A stretch of DNA of 64,000 bases from a virus (Duplodnaviria; Caudoviricetes), in IMG/VR virus record IMGVR_UViG_3300032290_001086. One strand, given 5' to 3'. The position numbers and the translations under genes are program-made. Numbering within the stretch: the first letter of the stretch is position 1; each line of letters opens with the position of its first letter. Of this stretch, positions 55,347 to 64,000 are shown one piece after another. The notes under the pieces were generated by a model. The model did not search any database. It had not been told where the DNA came from and saw only the letters and a list, made by a program, of their open reading frames with translations.

Positions 55347-57065
55347 ATGAGTGAAAGATCTAGTTATAAAGGTAATCCTAACCTCAAACCTTCTAACGTA
55401 CAAATACAATTTACTTCTGAACAGTTAGAAGAGTATTTGACATGTCAGGAAGATCCAATTTACTTTGCAAAAAAATACATCAAAATTGTTTCTCTTGATG
55501 AAGGTCTAGTCCCATTTAAAATGTGGGACTTCCAAGAAAAATTGATTGACAATTTTCATAGGCATAGATTTAATATCGCAAAGCTCCCAAGACAGACTGG
55601 AAAATCAACTACGGTTGTTTCCTACCTGCTACATTACGCTTTGTTCAATCCAAATGTAAAAATCGCAATTCTTGCAAACAAAGCAGAGACCTCAAGGGAA
55701 CTTCTATCCAGATTGCAGTTATCATACGAAAATCTACCTAAATGGTTACAGCAGGGCGTGGGTTCTTGGAACCGTGGATCACTGGAGCTAGAGAACGGAT
55801 CCAAGATTATTGCCGCTTCTACCTCATCATCTGCTGTTCGTGGTAATTCATTTAACATCATCTTCCTAGACGAATTTGCATTCGTTCCGAATCATATTGC
55901 AGAGCAGTTCTTCTCTTCTGTATATCCTACTATCTCATCTGGTAAGACAACCAAAGTTATTATTATTTCTACCCCACAGGGTATGAATATGTTTTATAAG
56001 TTCTGGCATGATGCAGAACGTGGAAAAAATAGTTATACTCCTCTTGAAGTTAATTGGTGGGATGTTCCAGGAAGAGATCAGAAATGGAAAGAAGAAACTA
56101 TTGCAAACACTTCTCAACGTCAGTTTGAACAAGAATTTGAATGTAACTTTTTAGGATCTGTAGATACTCTCATCAATCCAAATAAACTTCGTGTAATGGT
56201 GTATGAAGACCCAGCTAAACGTAGTGCTGGATTGGATGTATATGAAGAGGTTATTGAAGGTCATGATTATGTAATGACCGTTGACGTAGCTAGAGGAGTG
56301 GGAAATGATTACTCTGCATTTACAGTAATGGATGTTACCACCATTCCATATAAATTAGTTGCAAAATATAAAAATAATGAAATAAAACCAATCTTGTTTC
56401 CAAATATTATTGACACAGTAGGACGTAATTATAACAATGCAAATGTTTTAGTGGAAGTAAATGATATTGGCGGACAAGTTGCAGACATTCTTCAATTTGA
56501 TCTTGAATATGATAATCTTCTTATGTGTGCAATGAAAGGTCGTGCAGGACAAATCGTAGGAACTGGATTCTCCAACAAAGCACAGCTGGGAGTAAAAATG
56601 ACTAAAGCTGTCAAGAAGTATGGATGTGCTAACTTAAAAGCTTTGATTGAAGATGATAAATTAATAATTTCAGATTATGATGTTATCAGTGAACTTACAA
56701 CTTTTATTCAAAAAAGTGATACGTTTTCTGCTGAAGATGGATGTAATGATGACCTTGCTATGTGTTTGGTTATTTTCTCTTGGTTAGCAACTCAACCTTA
56801 TTTCAGGGAGCTTACTTCAAATGATGTCAGGAAAAGAATTTTTGAAGATCAGAGAGAAGCTATCGAGCAGGATATGGCTCCATTTGGTTTTATATTGGAT
56901 GGCTTAACTGATCCAGAAGCAGAATTTGTCGATTCAAATGGAGATTATTGGATGGTTGCAGATAACACTAGATATTATGGTGATACTGTAGATACTCCTA
57001 TTAGAGGTGGTGGATGGAATGCTGATGAATATGGAGATAAGTCGTATATGTGGGAATATCAATAG
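55347..57065 (+). CDS. g17: terminase large subunit gp17
   Basis: PRQTGKSTT Walker A, IFLDEFAF Walker B, DVARG and DDLAM nuclease motifs. Confidence 0.97.
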   Translation: MSERSSYKGNPNLKPSNVQIQFTSEQLEEYLTCQEDPIYFAKKYIKIVSLDEGLVPFKMWDFQEKLIDNFHRHRFNIAKLPRQTGKSTTVVSYLLHYALFNPNVKIAILANKAETSRELLSRLQLSYENLPKWLQQGVGSWNRGSLELENGSKIIAASTSSSAVRGNSFNIIFLDEFAFVPNHIAEQFFSSVYPTISSGKTTKVIIISTPQGMNMFYKFWHDAERGKNSYTPLEVNWWDVPGRDQKWKEETIANTSQRQFEQEFECNFLGSVDTLINPNKLRVMVYEDPAKRSAGLDVYEEVIEGHDYVMTVDVARGVGNDYSAFTVMDVTTIPYKLVAKYKNNEIKPILFPNIIDTVGRNYNNANVLVEVNDIGGQVADILQFDLEYDNLLMCAMKGRAGQIVGTGFSNKAQLGVKMTKAVKKYGCANLKALIEDDKLIISDYDVISELTTFIQKSDTFSAEDGCNDDLAMCLVIFSWLATQPYFRELTSNDVRKRIFEDQREAIEQDMAPFGFILDGLTDPEAEFVDSNGDYWMVADNTRYYGDTVDTPIRGGGWNADEYGDKSYMWEYQ

Positions 57066-57123
57066 TTAAAATATAAAGATAAATAAATAGTTTTGAGAAA
57101 AAAATCTCATAGAGGTAATAAAC

Positions 57124-59166
57124 ATGTCGTTTGCTTCACCTGGAGTAACTATAAAAGAGGTTGATTTAACAGCAACCATTAATGTATCAGATCAGAATGT
57201 AGCACTTGTTGTAATTGCTGCAGAAACTGGTCCTGTTGATACCGTAACTTATATCTCTAGCGAGAAAGAGCTAGTAGATACATTTGGAAAACCAAATGAT
57301 AATAACTATGAGTCATGGTATGCAGCATTAACAATTATTCAATATGGAGGAATTGCTGCAGTAATCAGACCAACAAGTTCTGCTATTACATTAAAGACTG
57401 CATATAATGCATCTACTTCACTAACTGATTTTATCATCAAAAATCAATTTGATTTTGAAAATTATACTGGAACTGCATTTTACTTTGCTGGAAGAAATGC
57501 TGGGTCTAAGTTTAATTCACTCAAGGTAGCAGCAGTAGATCACGGTGCAGATCAAATTGTAACTTACACTGGTACTGATCCTACAGTAGTAGCTGGAGAC
57601 GCAATTAGAATTTTAACTGGTACTACTCTAGTTGGTACTGGATGGATCTATAAAGTAGATTCTACTGGAAGTGGTGGTAAGCTATGGATTACCCTAGCAG
57701 ATAGCACCAAAAAGCTTCCTACATCTGGTCTTACTACATATAGTATTACAGATAATTCTGGTACTCCTGTAGAACTATTAGCAGCAGGTACTATTTCTAA
57801 TGTAGATAATTCATACTACGATAGTCTTGAATATGCAACTGGACAAAAGTGGAGAGATATTGCACCACAGCCAGGTACTTCTGCAAGCGTTGCTGCAAAG
57901 GGTGGCAAGTTTGATGAAATGCATATTGTTGTAATAGACGAGGAAGGAATTGTTACTGGAACTCCTAATACAGTTCTAGAAAAGTATACCTACGTTTCAA
58001 AAGCTAAGGATGCTTCAAACTTAGATGGAACAGTGTCTTACTTCCATAGCACTATGGCTGCAAAGTCATCATATGTGTATCCTGGTACTGGAACTGGAGT
58101 AGATTTTATTGGCACAACTAATAGAGTCCGTCTAGAAGGTGGTGGATTTGAAACTTCTGATGCAAGTATTGGTCTCGCAAATAGTGCAAATAAAGTTTAT
58201 CCTTTAATTGCAGTATCTGGGGCTCCATCAGTAGAATTTTCTCTAGGTAATGGAACTGATTATGACTTTGCAAATGATGCAACAGATATTGAAACTGCAG
58301 TAACAAACGGATATGAACTAGTAAGAGATTCCGAAACTTTCAATGATATTGATTTCCTAGTTCCTGGAAAAATTAGCACTGCAAGGGCTCTAAAACTAAT
58401 TGATATTGCTGAAACTAGAAAGGACTGCATGGCAGTTATTTCTCCAAGAAGAAGTGATGTAATTAACGGAAATTCCAGCACTTCAAAAACTGATAGTATC
58501 ATTGATTTCTTTAATGGAATCTCAAGCAGCTCTTATGCAACCTTTGATTCTGGATATAAGTATATTTACGATAAGTTTAACGATACTTATAGATACATTC
58601 CTTGTGCAGCTGACGTTGCTGGTCTTTGCATCAGCACAACAATTAATTCTGAAACTTGGTTCTCACCAGCAGGTTATAACAGAGGCAATCTAAAAAATGC
58701 AACTAAACTTGCATATTCACCAAAGCAATCAGAAAGAGACAGACTATATTCTGCAAGAGTAAATCCTGTTGTTTCTTTCCCAGGCCAAGGTATTGTCCTA
58801 TTTGGTGATAAGACAGGTCTTTCATCTCCTAGTGCATTTAACAGAATTAATGTTCGTAGACTGTTCATTGAACTTGAGAAGAACATTGCAAGATTCTCCA
58901 AATATCAACTATTTGAAATTAATGATGAAATTACCAGAAGTTCATTTAAGTCTGCAGTTGAACCATATCTCAGGAATGTTCAAGGCAGAAGAGGAATTTA
59001 TGATTTCCTTGTCGTATGTGATGAATCCAATAATACAGCGGATATAATTGACGCAAATGAATTTTATGCTGAAATTTATATTAAACCAGCAAGAAGTATC
59101 AACTTTATTACTATCACCTTTGTTGCTACTAGAACTGGTGTTTCTTTTGGTGAATTAACAAACTAA
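57124..59166 (+). CDS. g18: tail sheath protein gp18
   Basis: SPGV.IKEVDLT, WFSPAG.NRG, FGDKT..SAFNRINVRRLF, KPARSINFI. Confidence 0.97.
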   Translation: MSFASPGVTIKEVDLTATINVSDQNVALVVIAAETGPVDTVTYISSEKELVDTFGKPNDNNYESWYAALTIIQYGGIAAVIRPTSSAITLKTAYNASTSLTDFIIKNQFDFENYTGTAFYFAGRNAGSKFNSLKVAAVDHGADQIVTYTGTDPTVVAGDAIRILTGTTLVGTGWIYKVDSTGSGGKLWITLADSTKKLPTSGLTTYSITDNSGTPVELLAAGTISNVDNSYYDSLEYATGQKWRDIAPQPGTSASVAAKGGKFDEMHIVVIDEEGIVTGTPNTVLEKYTYVSKAKDASNLDGTVSYFHSTMAAKSSYVYPGTGTGVDFIGTTNRVRLEGGGFETSDASIGLANSANKVYPLIAVSGAPSVEFSLGNGTDYDFANDATDIETAVTNGYELVRDSETFNDIDFLVPGKISTARALKLIDIAETRKDCMAVISPRRSDVINGNSSTSKTDSIIDFFNGISSSSYATFDSGYKYIYDKFNDTYRYIPCAADVAGLCISTTINSETWFSPAGYNRGNLKNATKLAYSPKQSERDRLYSARVNPVVSFPGQGIVLFGDKTGLSSPSAFNRINVRRLFIELEKNIARFSKYQLFEINDEITRSSFKSAVEPYLRNVQGRRGIYDFLVVCDESNNTADIIDANEFYAEIYIKPARSINFITITFVATRTGVSFGELTN

Positions 59167-59200
59167 TTTAATTCTATAGAAAACCTAGGAGATTAAAACA

Positions 59201-59842
59201 ATGGCAAGGAGTATTTCAGAATTTAAATCAAAGCTCACGAAAGGAGGAGCTAGACCTAATCTGTTCCTAGTAAGACTAAATTTCCCTACTCTACAAGGAA
59301 TTGTAGATATTCAAGGAACAAGTGTTGCTGGTAATGGACCAACAGAACAGGCAGAATTTCTAGTAAAGACTGCACAGATTCCTGCATCAAATATTGGAAC
59401 AATTGAAGTTCCTTTCAGAGGAAGAATGCTGAAGGTGGCTGGAGACAGAACCTTTGAGCCATGGTCAGTCACAGTTATCAACGATGGTAACTTTGAAGTT
59501 CGTAAGGCGTTTGAAATCTGGTCAAGAGGAATCAATGCTCTAACAGAAAACGTATCACAACTTGGATATAGCAGCGGAAAGGGTGGCGCACTCTCCTACT
59601 GTGCTGATATGGTTGTATACCAGCTAGGAAGAGATGGAGTTTCACCAGATAAGACTCCTTCTTCTGCCAACGCTACTGGCACAGATGCAAAAATGGATGT
59701 TGTTCGTGCATATAAATTCTATGATGCATGGCCTTCTTCACTTTCTGCAATTGATCTTTCATACGATGCAAATGATCAAATTGAAGAGTTCACAGTAGAA
59801 TTCCAATATAACTTCTTTGAAGTAACCACTCCAAAACTTTAA
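59201..59842 (+). CDS. g19: tail tube protein gp19
   Basis: GGARPNLF, VPFRGR.LKVAGDRTFEPW, IEEFTVEFQY. Confidence 0.97.
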   Translation: MARSISEFKSKLTKGGARPNLFLVRLNFPTLQGIVDIQGTSVAGNGPTEQAEFLVKTAQIPASNIGTIEVPFRGRMLKVAGDRTFEPWSVTVINDGNFEVRKAFEIWSRGINALTENVSQLGYSSGKGGALSYCADMVVYQLGRDGVSPDKTPSSANATGTDAKMDVVRAYKFYDAWPSSLSAIDLSYDANDQIEEFTVEFQYNFFEVTTPKL

Positions 59843-59879
59843 ATAAATAGTTTAACGTTTAGGAAATCCCAACTATAAT

Positions 59880-61541
59880 ATGACTCAGTTATTTGGCTTT
59901 TCAATTGAAGATAGAAAGAAAAAGCCAGCAAAAGCTTTTTCACCAGCACCACCCAATGATGATGATGGCACCTCAGTTATTGCTGCGGGTGCCTATTTTG
60001 GTCAGTATTTAGATTTAGATGGTGTTGGTCAACATAATAATGAATTTGAATTAGTAAGAAAATATAGAGAAATTGCTCTTCATCCAGAAGTTGATGATGC
60101 AATTGATGATATTGTAAATGAAGCAATTAGTAGTGATTTAGATTATGCTCCAGTTTCAGTTGAACTTTCAAATCTCCAAGCAAGTGAAAAGATAAAGAAA
60201 TCAATTAGAGAAGAATTTGGAAATATTTTACGACTTTTAAATTTTGATAAAAAATGTCATAACATCTTCCGTCGTTGGTACATTGATGGAAGACTTTATT
60301 ATCATAAAATTATTGATTTTGATAATCCAAAAGAAGGAATAAAAGAATTAAGATATATTGACTCTTTAAAAATTAAAAGAGTTAGAGAAATAAAAAAAGA
60401 AAAGAACGCCGATTCTATGTTGACTAATGAAGGTCAACGATATGACTATGGGGAGTTTTTAGAATACTATATTTACTTTCCAAAAGGATTCAAAGGTTCT
60501 GATGCAAATGGAATAAAAATAGCAAACGATGCTATAAGTTATGTTCCATCTGGTCTATTTGACCATAATAGAAATATGGTTCTAAGTTATTTGTATACAG
60601 CAATTAAGTCTGTAAACCAACTTAGAATGATTGAAGATTCTCTTGTTATTTACAGATTGTCTCGTGCTCCAGAGCGTAGAATTTTCTATATTGATGTAGG
60701 TAATCTTCCAAAAGTTAAAGCAGAACAGTATCTACGTGAAGTAATGGGTAGATACAGAAATAAACTTGTTTATGATTCTGCTACTGGTGAAATTCGTGAT
60801 GACAAAAAGCATATGAGTATGCTTGAGGACTTTTGGCTACCTCGTAGAGAAGGTGGTCGTGGAACAGAAATTACTACCCTTCCAGGTGGACAGAATCTCG
60901 GAGAACTTGAAGATGTCAAATATTTTCAGAAGAAACTTTATAAATCACTAAATATTCCTCTCTCAAGACTAGAGCAGGAAAGTTCATTTACTATTGGTAG
61001 AACCAATGAAATCACCAGAGATGAACTTAAGTTTGCTAAGTTTGTTGGAAGACTTCGCAAACGTTTCAGTGATTTATTCCATGATTTACTCAGAACTCAA
61101 CTTCTTCTGAAAGGAATCATCACTGCAGATGATTGGGAAGAAATGAAAGAATATATTCAATATGATTATATTTTTGATAATCATTTTACTGAACTTAAAA
61201 ATGCGGAACTTCTAAATGACCGTCTTAATATTGTAAATCAAGTAGAGCCATATCTAGGTAAGTATTTCTCTGTTGAATATGTTCGCAGACAAATTCTCAA
61301 ACAAACTCAAGATGAGATTGAAGAAATTGACATGCAAATTGAAAAAGAAAAGGAAATTGGTATTATTCAAGATCCAAATCAAATGATGATGGACCAACAA
61401 GGTCAACTTCCCCCAGGTCAAGACCAACAAATTCCAACTGATGTAGCAGCATCTGGAGAGGCTGGTCCTGCAGGAGGAGGATTGGATTCACAGTTTAAAA
61501 ACTATATCTCACCTTCTGATTATACTAAAGGCAAATTTTAA
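59880..61541 (+). CDS. g20: portal vertex protein gp20
   Basis: NQLRMIEDSLVIYRLSRAPERRIFYIDVGNLPK, MLEDFWLPRREGGRGTEITTLPGG. Confidence 0.98.
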   Translation: MTQLFGFSIEDRKKKPAKAFSPAPPNDDDGTSVIAAGAYFGQYLDLDGVGQHNNEFELVRKYREIALHPEVDDAIDDIVNEAISSDLDYAPVSVELSNLQASEKIKKSIREEFGNILRLLNFDKKCHNIFRRWYIDGRLYYHKIIDFDNPKEGIKELRYIDSLKIKRVREIKKEKNADSMLTNEGQRYDYGEFLEYYIYFPKGFKGSDANGIKIANDAISYVPSGLFDHNRNMVLSYLYTAIKSVNQLRMIEDSLVIYRLSRAPERRIFYIDVGNLPKVKAEQYLREVMGRYRNKLVYDSATGEIRDDKKHMSMLEDFWLPRREGGRGTEITTLPGGQNLGELEDVKYFQKKLYKSLNIPLSRLEQESSFTIGRTNEITRDELKFAKFVGRLRKRFSDLFHDLLRTQLLLKGIITADDWEEMKEYIQYDYIFDNHFTELKNAELLNDRLNIVNQVEPYLGKYFSVEYVRRQILKQTQDEIEEIDMQIEKEKEIGIIQDPNQMMMDQQGQLPPGQDQQIPTDVAASGEAGPAGGGLDSQFKNYISPSDYTKGKF

Positions 61542-61581
61542 TAAATAGTTATTGTAATTTCAATAACTGATTGGAGTTTTT

Positions 61582-61812
61582 ATGTCTTTATCACAAGAAA
61601 TTGTGGATAGCATTATTGCTAGAAACAATGTCAATGCGAATGAAAAAATTTATGATGCTCTATATGGAATAGCTTCTGAGAAAGTTGGAATGAGAAAATT
61701 TGAAATTTCTCAGAATCTATTCAGCACAGATAATTATGAATCTGACGATGATTATATTGAAGATGGTGAAGGGTTTATAAATTATGAAGATAATTTAGAA
61801 GACCAAGAATAA
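61582..61812 (+). CDS. small prohead core protein (gp67/gp68 position)
   Basis: Acidic ORF between g20 and g21; SD GGAG. Confidence 0.7.
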   Translation: MSLSQEIVDSIIARNNVNANEKIYDALYGIASEKVGMRKFEISQNLFSTDNYESDDDYIEDGEGFINYEDNLEDQE

Positions 61813-61833
61813 ATTAATTATCCGTAACCAAAA

Positions 61834-62487
61834 ATGAAACTAATCACCGAGACAATTGAAAACATAAAAGTTATCACCGAAGAAAAAGGTGGTAAGAAAA
61901 ATCTGTATATTGAAGGAGTATTTCTTCAGGCAGATTTAAAAAATAGAAATGGTCGTATGTATCCATTCAATACACTAAATCGTGAGGTTGGTGCATATTG
62001 TGAAAATTATGTGAATAAAGGTCGTGCTCTTGGTGAACTTGGTCATCCAGATAGTCCAACAATTAACCTGGATAGAGTATCACATAAAATTGTTTCTCTT
62101 CGTGCAGAGGGTTCCAATTTTATTGGTAAGGCTCAGATTCTAGAAACTCCAATGGGTAAGATTGCTAAGTCTCTTCTTGAGTCTGGTGTTTGTTTAGGAG
62201 TTTCCTCAAGAGGTATTGGATCTATTGAGGAAAAAAATGGAGTCAACGTAGTAAAAGATGACTTTATGTTATCTACTGCTGCTGATATTGTTGCAGATCC
62301 TTCAGCTCCTGATGCTTTTGTTCAAGGTATCATGGAGGGTAAAGAATGGATTTGGAATAATGGAATGTTAGAAGAAAAGGTAATTAATAGTTATAGAAGA
62401 GCAATTAATACTGCATCTTCTAATAGTTTATCCGAAAGAAAACTACAAGTTTTTGAAAGTTTTCTACGTAATATAAAAATTTCATAA
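61834..62487 (+). CDS. g21: prohead protease gp21
   Basis: NRNGRMY, ALGELGHP, GVSSRG.GS, DIVADPSAPDA. Confidence 0.97.
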   Translation: MKLITETIENIKVITEEKGGKKNLYIEGVFLQADLKNRNGRMYPFNTLNREVGAYCENYVNKGRALGELGHPDSPTINLDRVSHKIVSLRAEGSNFIGKAQILETPMGKIAKSLLESGVCLGVSSRGIGSIEEKNGVNVVKDDFMLSTAADIVADPSAPDAFVQGIMEGKEWIWNNGMLEEKVINSYRRAINTASSNSLSERKLQVFESFLRNIKIS

Positions 62488-62529
62488 ATAATATTAGAAA
62501 ATATCACATATTTCTAGAGGGTTTTTTCG

Positions 62530-63675
62530 ATGTCCAATGTATTAGATACAGAATTTGACGAATTTCTAGAAGAAGGAAACGTTGTCACCGCTCACGCTAA
62601 ACCAGGAGACCGTATGCAAAAATTACAGCACAGCACTCCTGGACAGGGTGCATCACCAGAAGAACTTGGTGGTTCTTCAACAACTAAGCCAGAAGGTGAT
62701 GAGATTGGCAAAAAAGCTTCTTCAAGAGTAAAGAAGTCATCTTCTAAAGTAAATGCTGGTGCAAAGTCACCAGACGGAATGGCTCGCCTTCAAGGCTCAG
62801 CTCCTGGTCAAAAGGGAATGAGTGAGGAAGAAGAGCTAGATGATGAAGAGCTAATTTATGAAGCTCAAGAAGATGATGAAGAAGATGAAGATGAAGAGGA
62901 TGAAAAGAAGGAAGATAAGAAAAAGTCTTCTAAAAAAGAAAAAACAGAAATGAAGGCTGAGGAAATTGATATTGATGTCTCTGAAGACCTCAATGCACTC
63001 TTCCATGGAGAAGAGCTTTCCGAGCACTTCATGCAGAAAGCCGCAACTATCTTTGAAGCTGCAGTAAAGGCAAAAGTAGTTGAAGAGCTAGAAAAGTTTG
63101 AAGCACTATACGAGCAAAGACTTCAAGAAGAAATTGAAGAAATTGCAGAGTCTCTTGAGACTCGTGTAGATGCACACCTTGATTATGTTGCCGAGCAGTG
63201 GATTTCTGAGAATTCACTTGCTATTGACAACGGCATCAAGACCGAAATTGCTGAAAGTCTAATGGCTGGTCTTGCAAATCTCTTTATGGAGAACAATATC
63301 AATCTTCCTGAAGAGCAACAAGATGTAGTTGCTGATATGGCAACTAAACTAGATGAAATGGAGGAAAAACTCAACGAACAGATTGAAATCAATGTTGAGC
63401 TAAACAAAGAAATCGGTTCCTATGTTAAAAATGGAATTATTGCAGAAGTATCCGAAGGTTTAGCAGAAACACAAAAAGAAAAGCTGTTCAACCTTGCAGA
63501 AGGTGTTGAGTTTATGAGTGAAGAATCTTTCCGTGAAAAGGTTGGAACCATTAAGGAAAATTATTTCCCTAAGGCTCAATCAAATTATGTGGAAGACCTT
63601 GTTGAGAAAAATCAAGATTTTTACGAAGGACCAATGGCTGCTTATGTAAATGCAGTATCTAGATGGTCTAAGTGA
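62530..63675 (+). CDS. g22: prohead core scaffold gp22
   Basis: LSE.F..KAATIFEAAV, YVAEQW..EN.LAI, acidic coiled coil. Confidence 0.95.
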   Translation: MSNVLDTEFDEFLEEGNVVTAHAKPGDRMQKLQHSTPGQGASPEELGGSSTTKPEGDEIGKKASSRVKKSSSKVNAGAKSPDGMARLQGSAPGQKGMSEEEELDDEELIYEAQEDDEEDEDEEDEKKEDKKKSSKKEKTEMKAEEIDIDVSEDLNALFHGEELSEHFMQKAATIFEAAVKAKVVEELEKFEALYEQRLQEEIEEIAESLETRVDAHLDYVAEQWISENSLAIDNGIKTEIAESLMAGLANLFMENNINLPEEQQDVVADMATKLDEMEEKLNEQIEINVELNKEIGSYVKNGIIAEVSEGLAETQKEKLFNLAEGVEFMSEESFREKVGTIKENYFPKAQSNYVEDLVEKNQDFYEGPMAAYVNAVSRWSK

Positions 63676-63687
63676 TAATTTAGATTT

Positions 63688-63695
63688 TATAAATA
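63688..63695 (+). promoter_or_regulatory. T4-type late promoter for g23
   Basis: TATAAATA; similar ATAAATA boxes precede g8, g18, g20, g22 and other late genes. Confidence 0.85.
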
Positions 63696-63744
63696 TTTAC
63701 AGATTCCTAACAAATAAATTTAACAACCAAGGAGTTTTACCCCA

Positions 63745-64000
63745 ATGTTTAATTCAGAACAACTACAAAGAAAGTGGGCTCCAATTCTTGAGCACACTGA
63801 TCTTTCCCCAATTTCAGATAGACACCGTAAAGCAGTAACCGCAGTTCTACTTGAGAACCAAGAAGCTTTTCTTCGTGAAGAGCGTGGAGTTCTTTCAGAA
63901 GTTGCTGCTAACAGCACTGGTTCATTCACCTCTGGTGGTGCAGGTGCAGGCGCACATGGCTTCTCTGGCGGTGCTGCTGCTGGCGGTCCTGTTGCAGGTT
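63745..64000 (+). CDS. g23: major capsid protein gp23 (5' part, runs off the window)
   Basis: MFNSEQLQRKWAPILEH..HRKAVTAVLLENQE; SD AAGGAG; not in the ORF track. Confidence 0.95.
   Translation, partial: MFNSEQLQRKWAPILEHTDLSPISDRHRKAVTAVLLENQEAFLREERGVLSEVAANSTGSFTSGGAGAGAHGFSGGAAAGGPVAG

Noticed and set aside
22945-63929. Many short minus-strand ORFs within structural genes
   Set aside because: Antisense shadows of well-conserved T4 core genes, with no motifs or expression signals
1-64000. tRNA genes, introns/inteins, integrase, reverse transcriptase/DGR, photosynthesis genes (psbA, hli)
   Set aside because: None recognised by eye; g17, g20 and the helicase look uninterrupted. tRNAscan-SE and Rfam scans would be needed to exclude RNA genes formally

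Overview
This is a 64 kb segment of a T4-like cyanomyovirus (Kyanoviridae-type) genome, with essentially all genes on the + strand. Bases 1-20,100 form an early/accessory region of short, overlapping ORFs. It contains an RNA-repair cluster (Rnl1 ligase, P-loop kinase, CDA-fold deaminase, HAD phosphatase), an SF2 helicase, two candidate PD-(D/E)XK nucleases, a metallophosphoesterase and many sigma70-type promoter cassettes. Bases 20,400-64,000 are the virion module: PAAR, gp25, gp6, gp7, gp8, VrlC-like, a fibre, gp13-gp22 and the 5' end of gp23, with T4-type late promoters. The most unusual signals are non-coding. (i) An oriC-like locus at about 16,030-16,500 has four perfect and one near-perfect cyanobacterial DnaA boxes (TTTTCCACA) as inverted pairs, AT-rich repeats and two divergent perfect-consensus sigma70 promoters. 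(ii) Early promoters carry two recurring operator classes at fixed spacing, one matching the LysR/RbcR-type palindrome ATTAG-N5-CTAAT and one an OmpR/RpaB (HLR1)-like 8-2-8 direct repeat. Together these suggest the phage couples early transcription and replication to host DnaA, carbon-fixation and light regulators (inference). A 54-aa NblA-like ORF missing from the ORF track lies among the tail genes. All protein calls come from reading motifs and synteny by eye; no searches were run.
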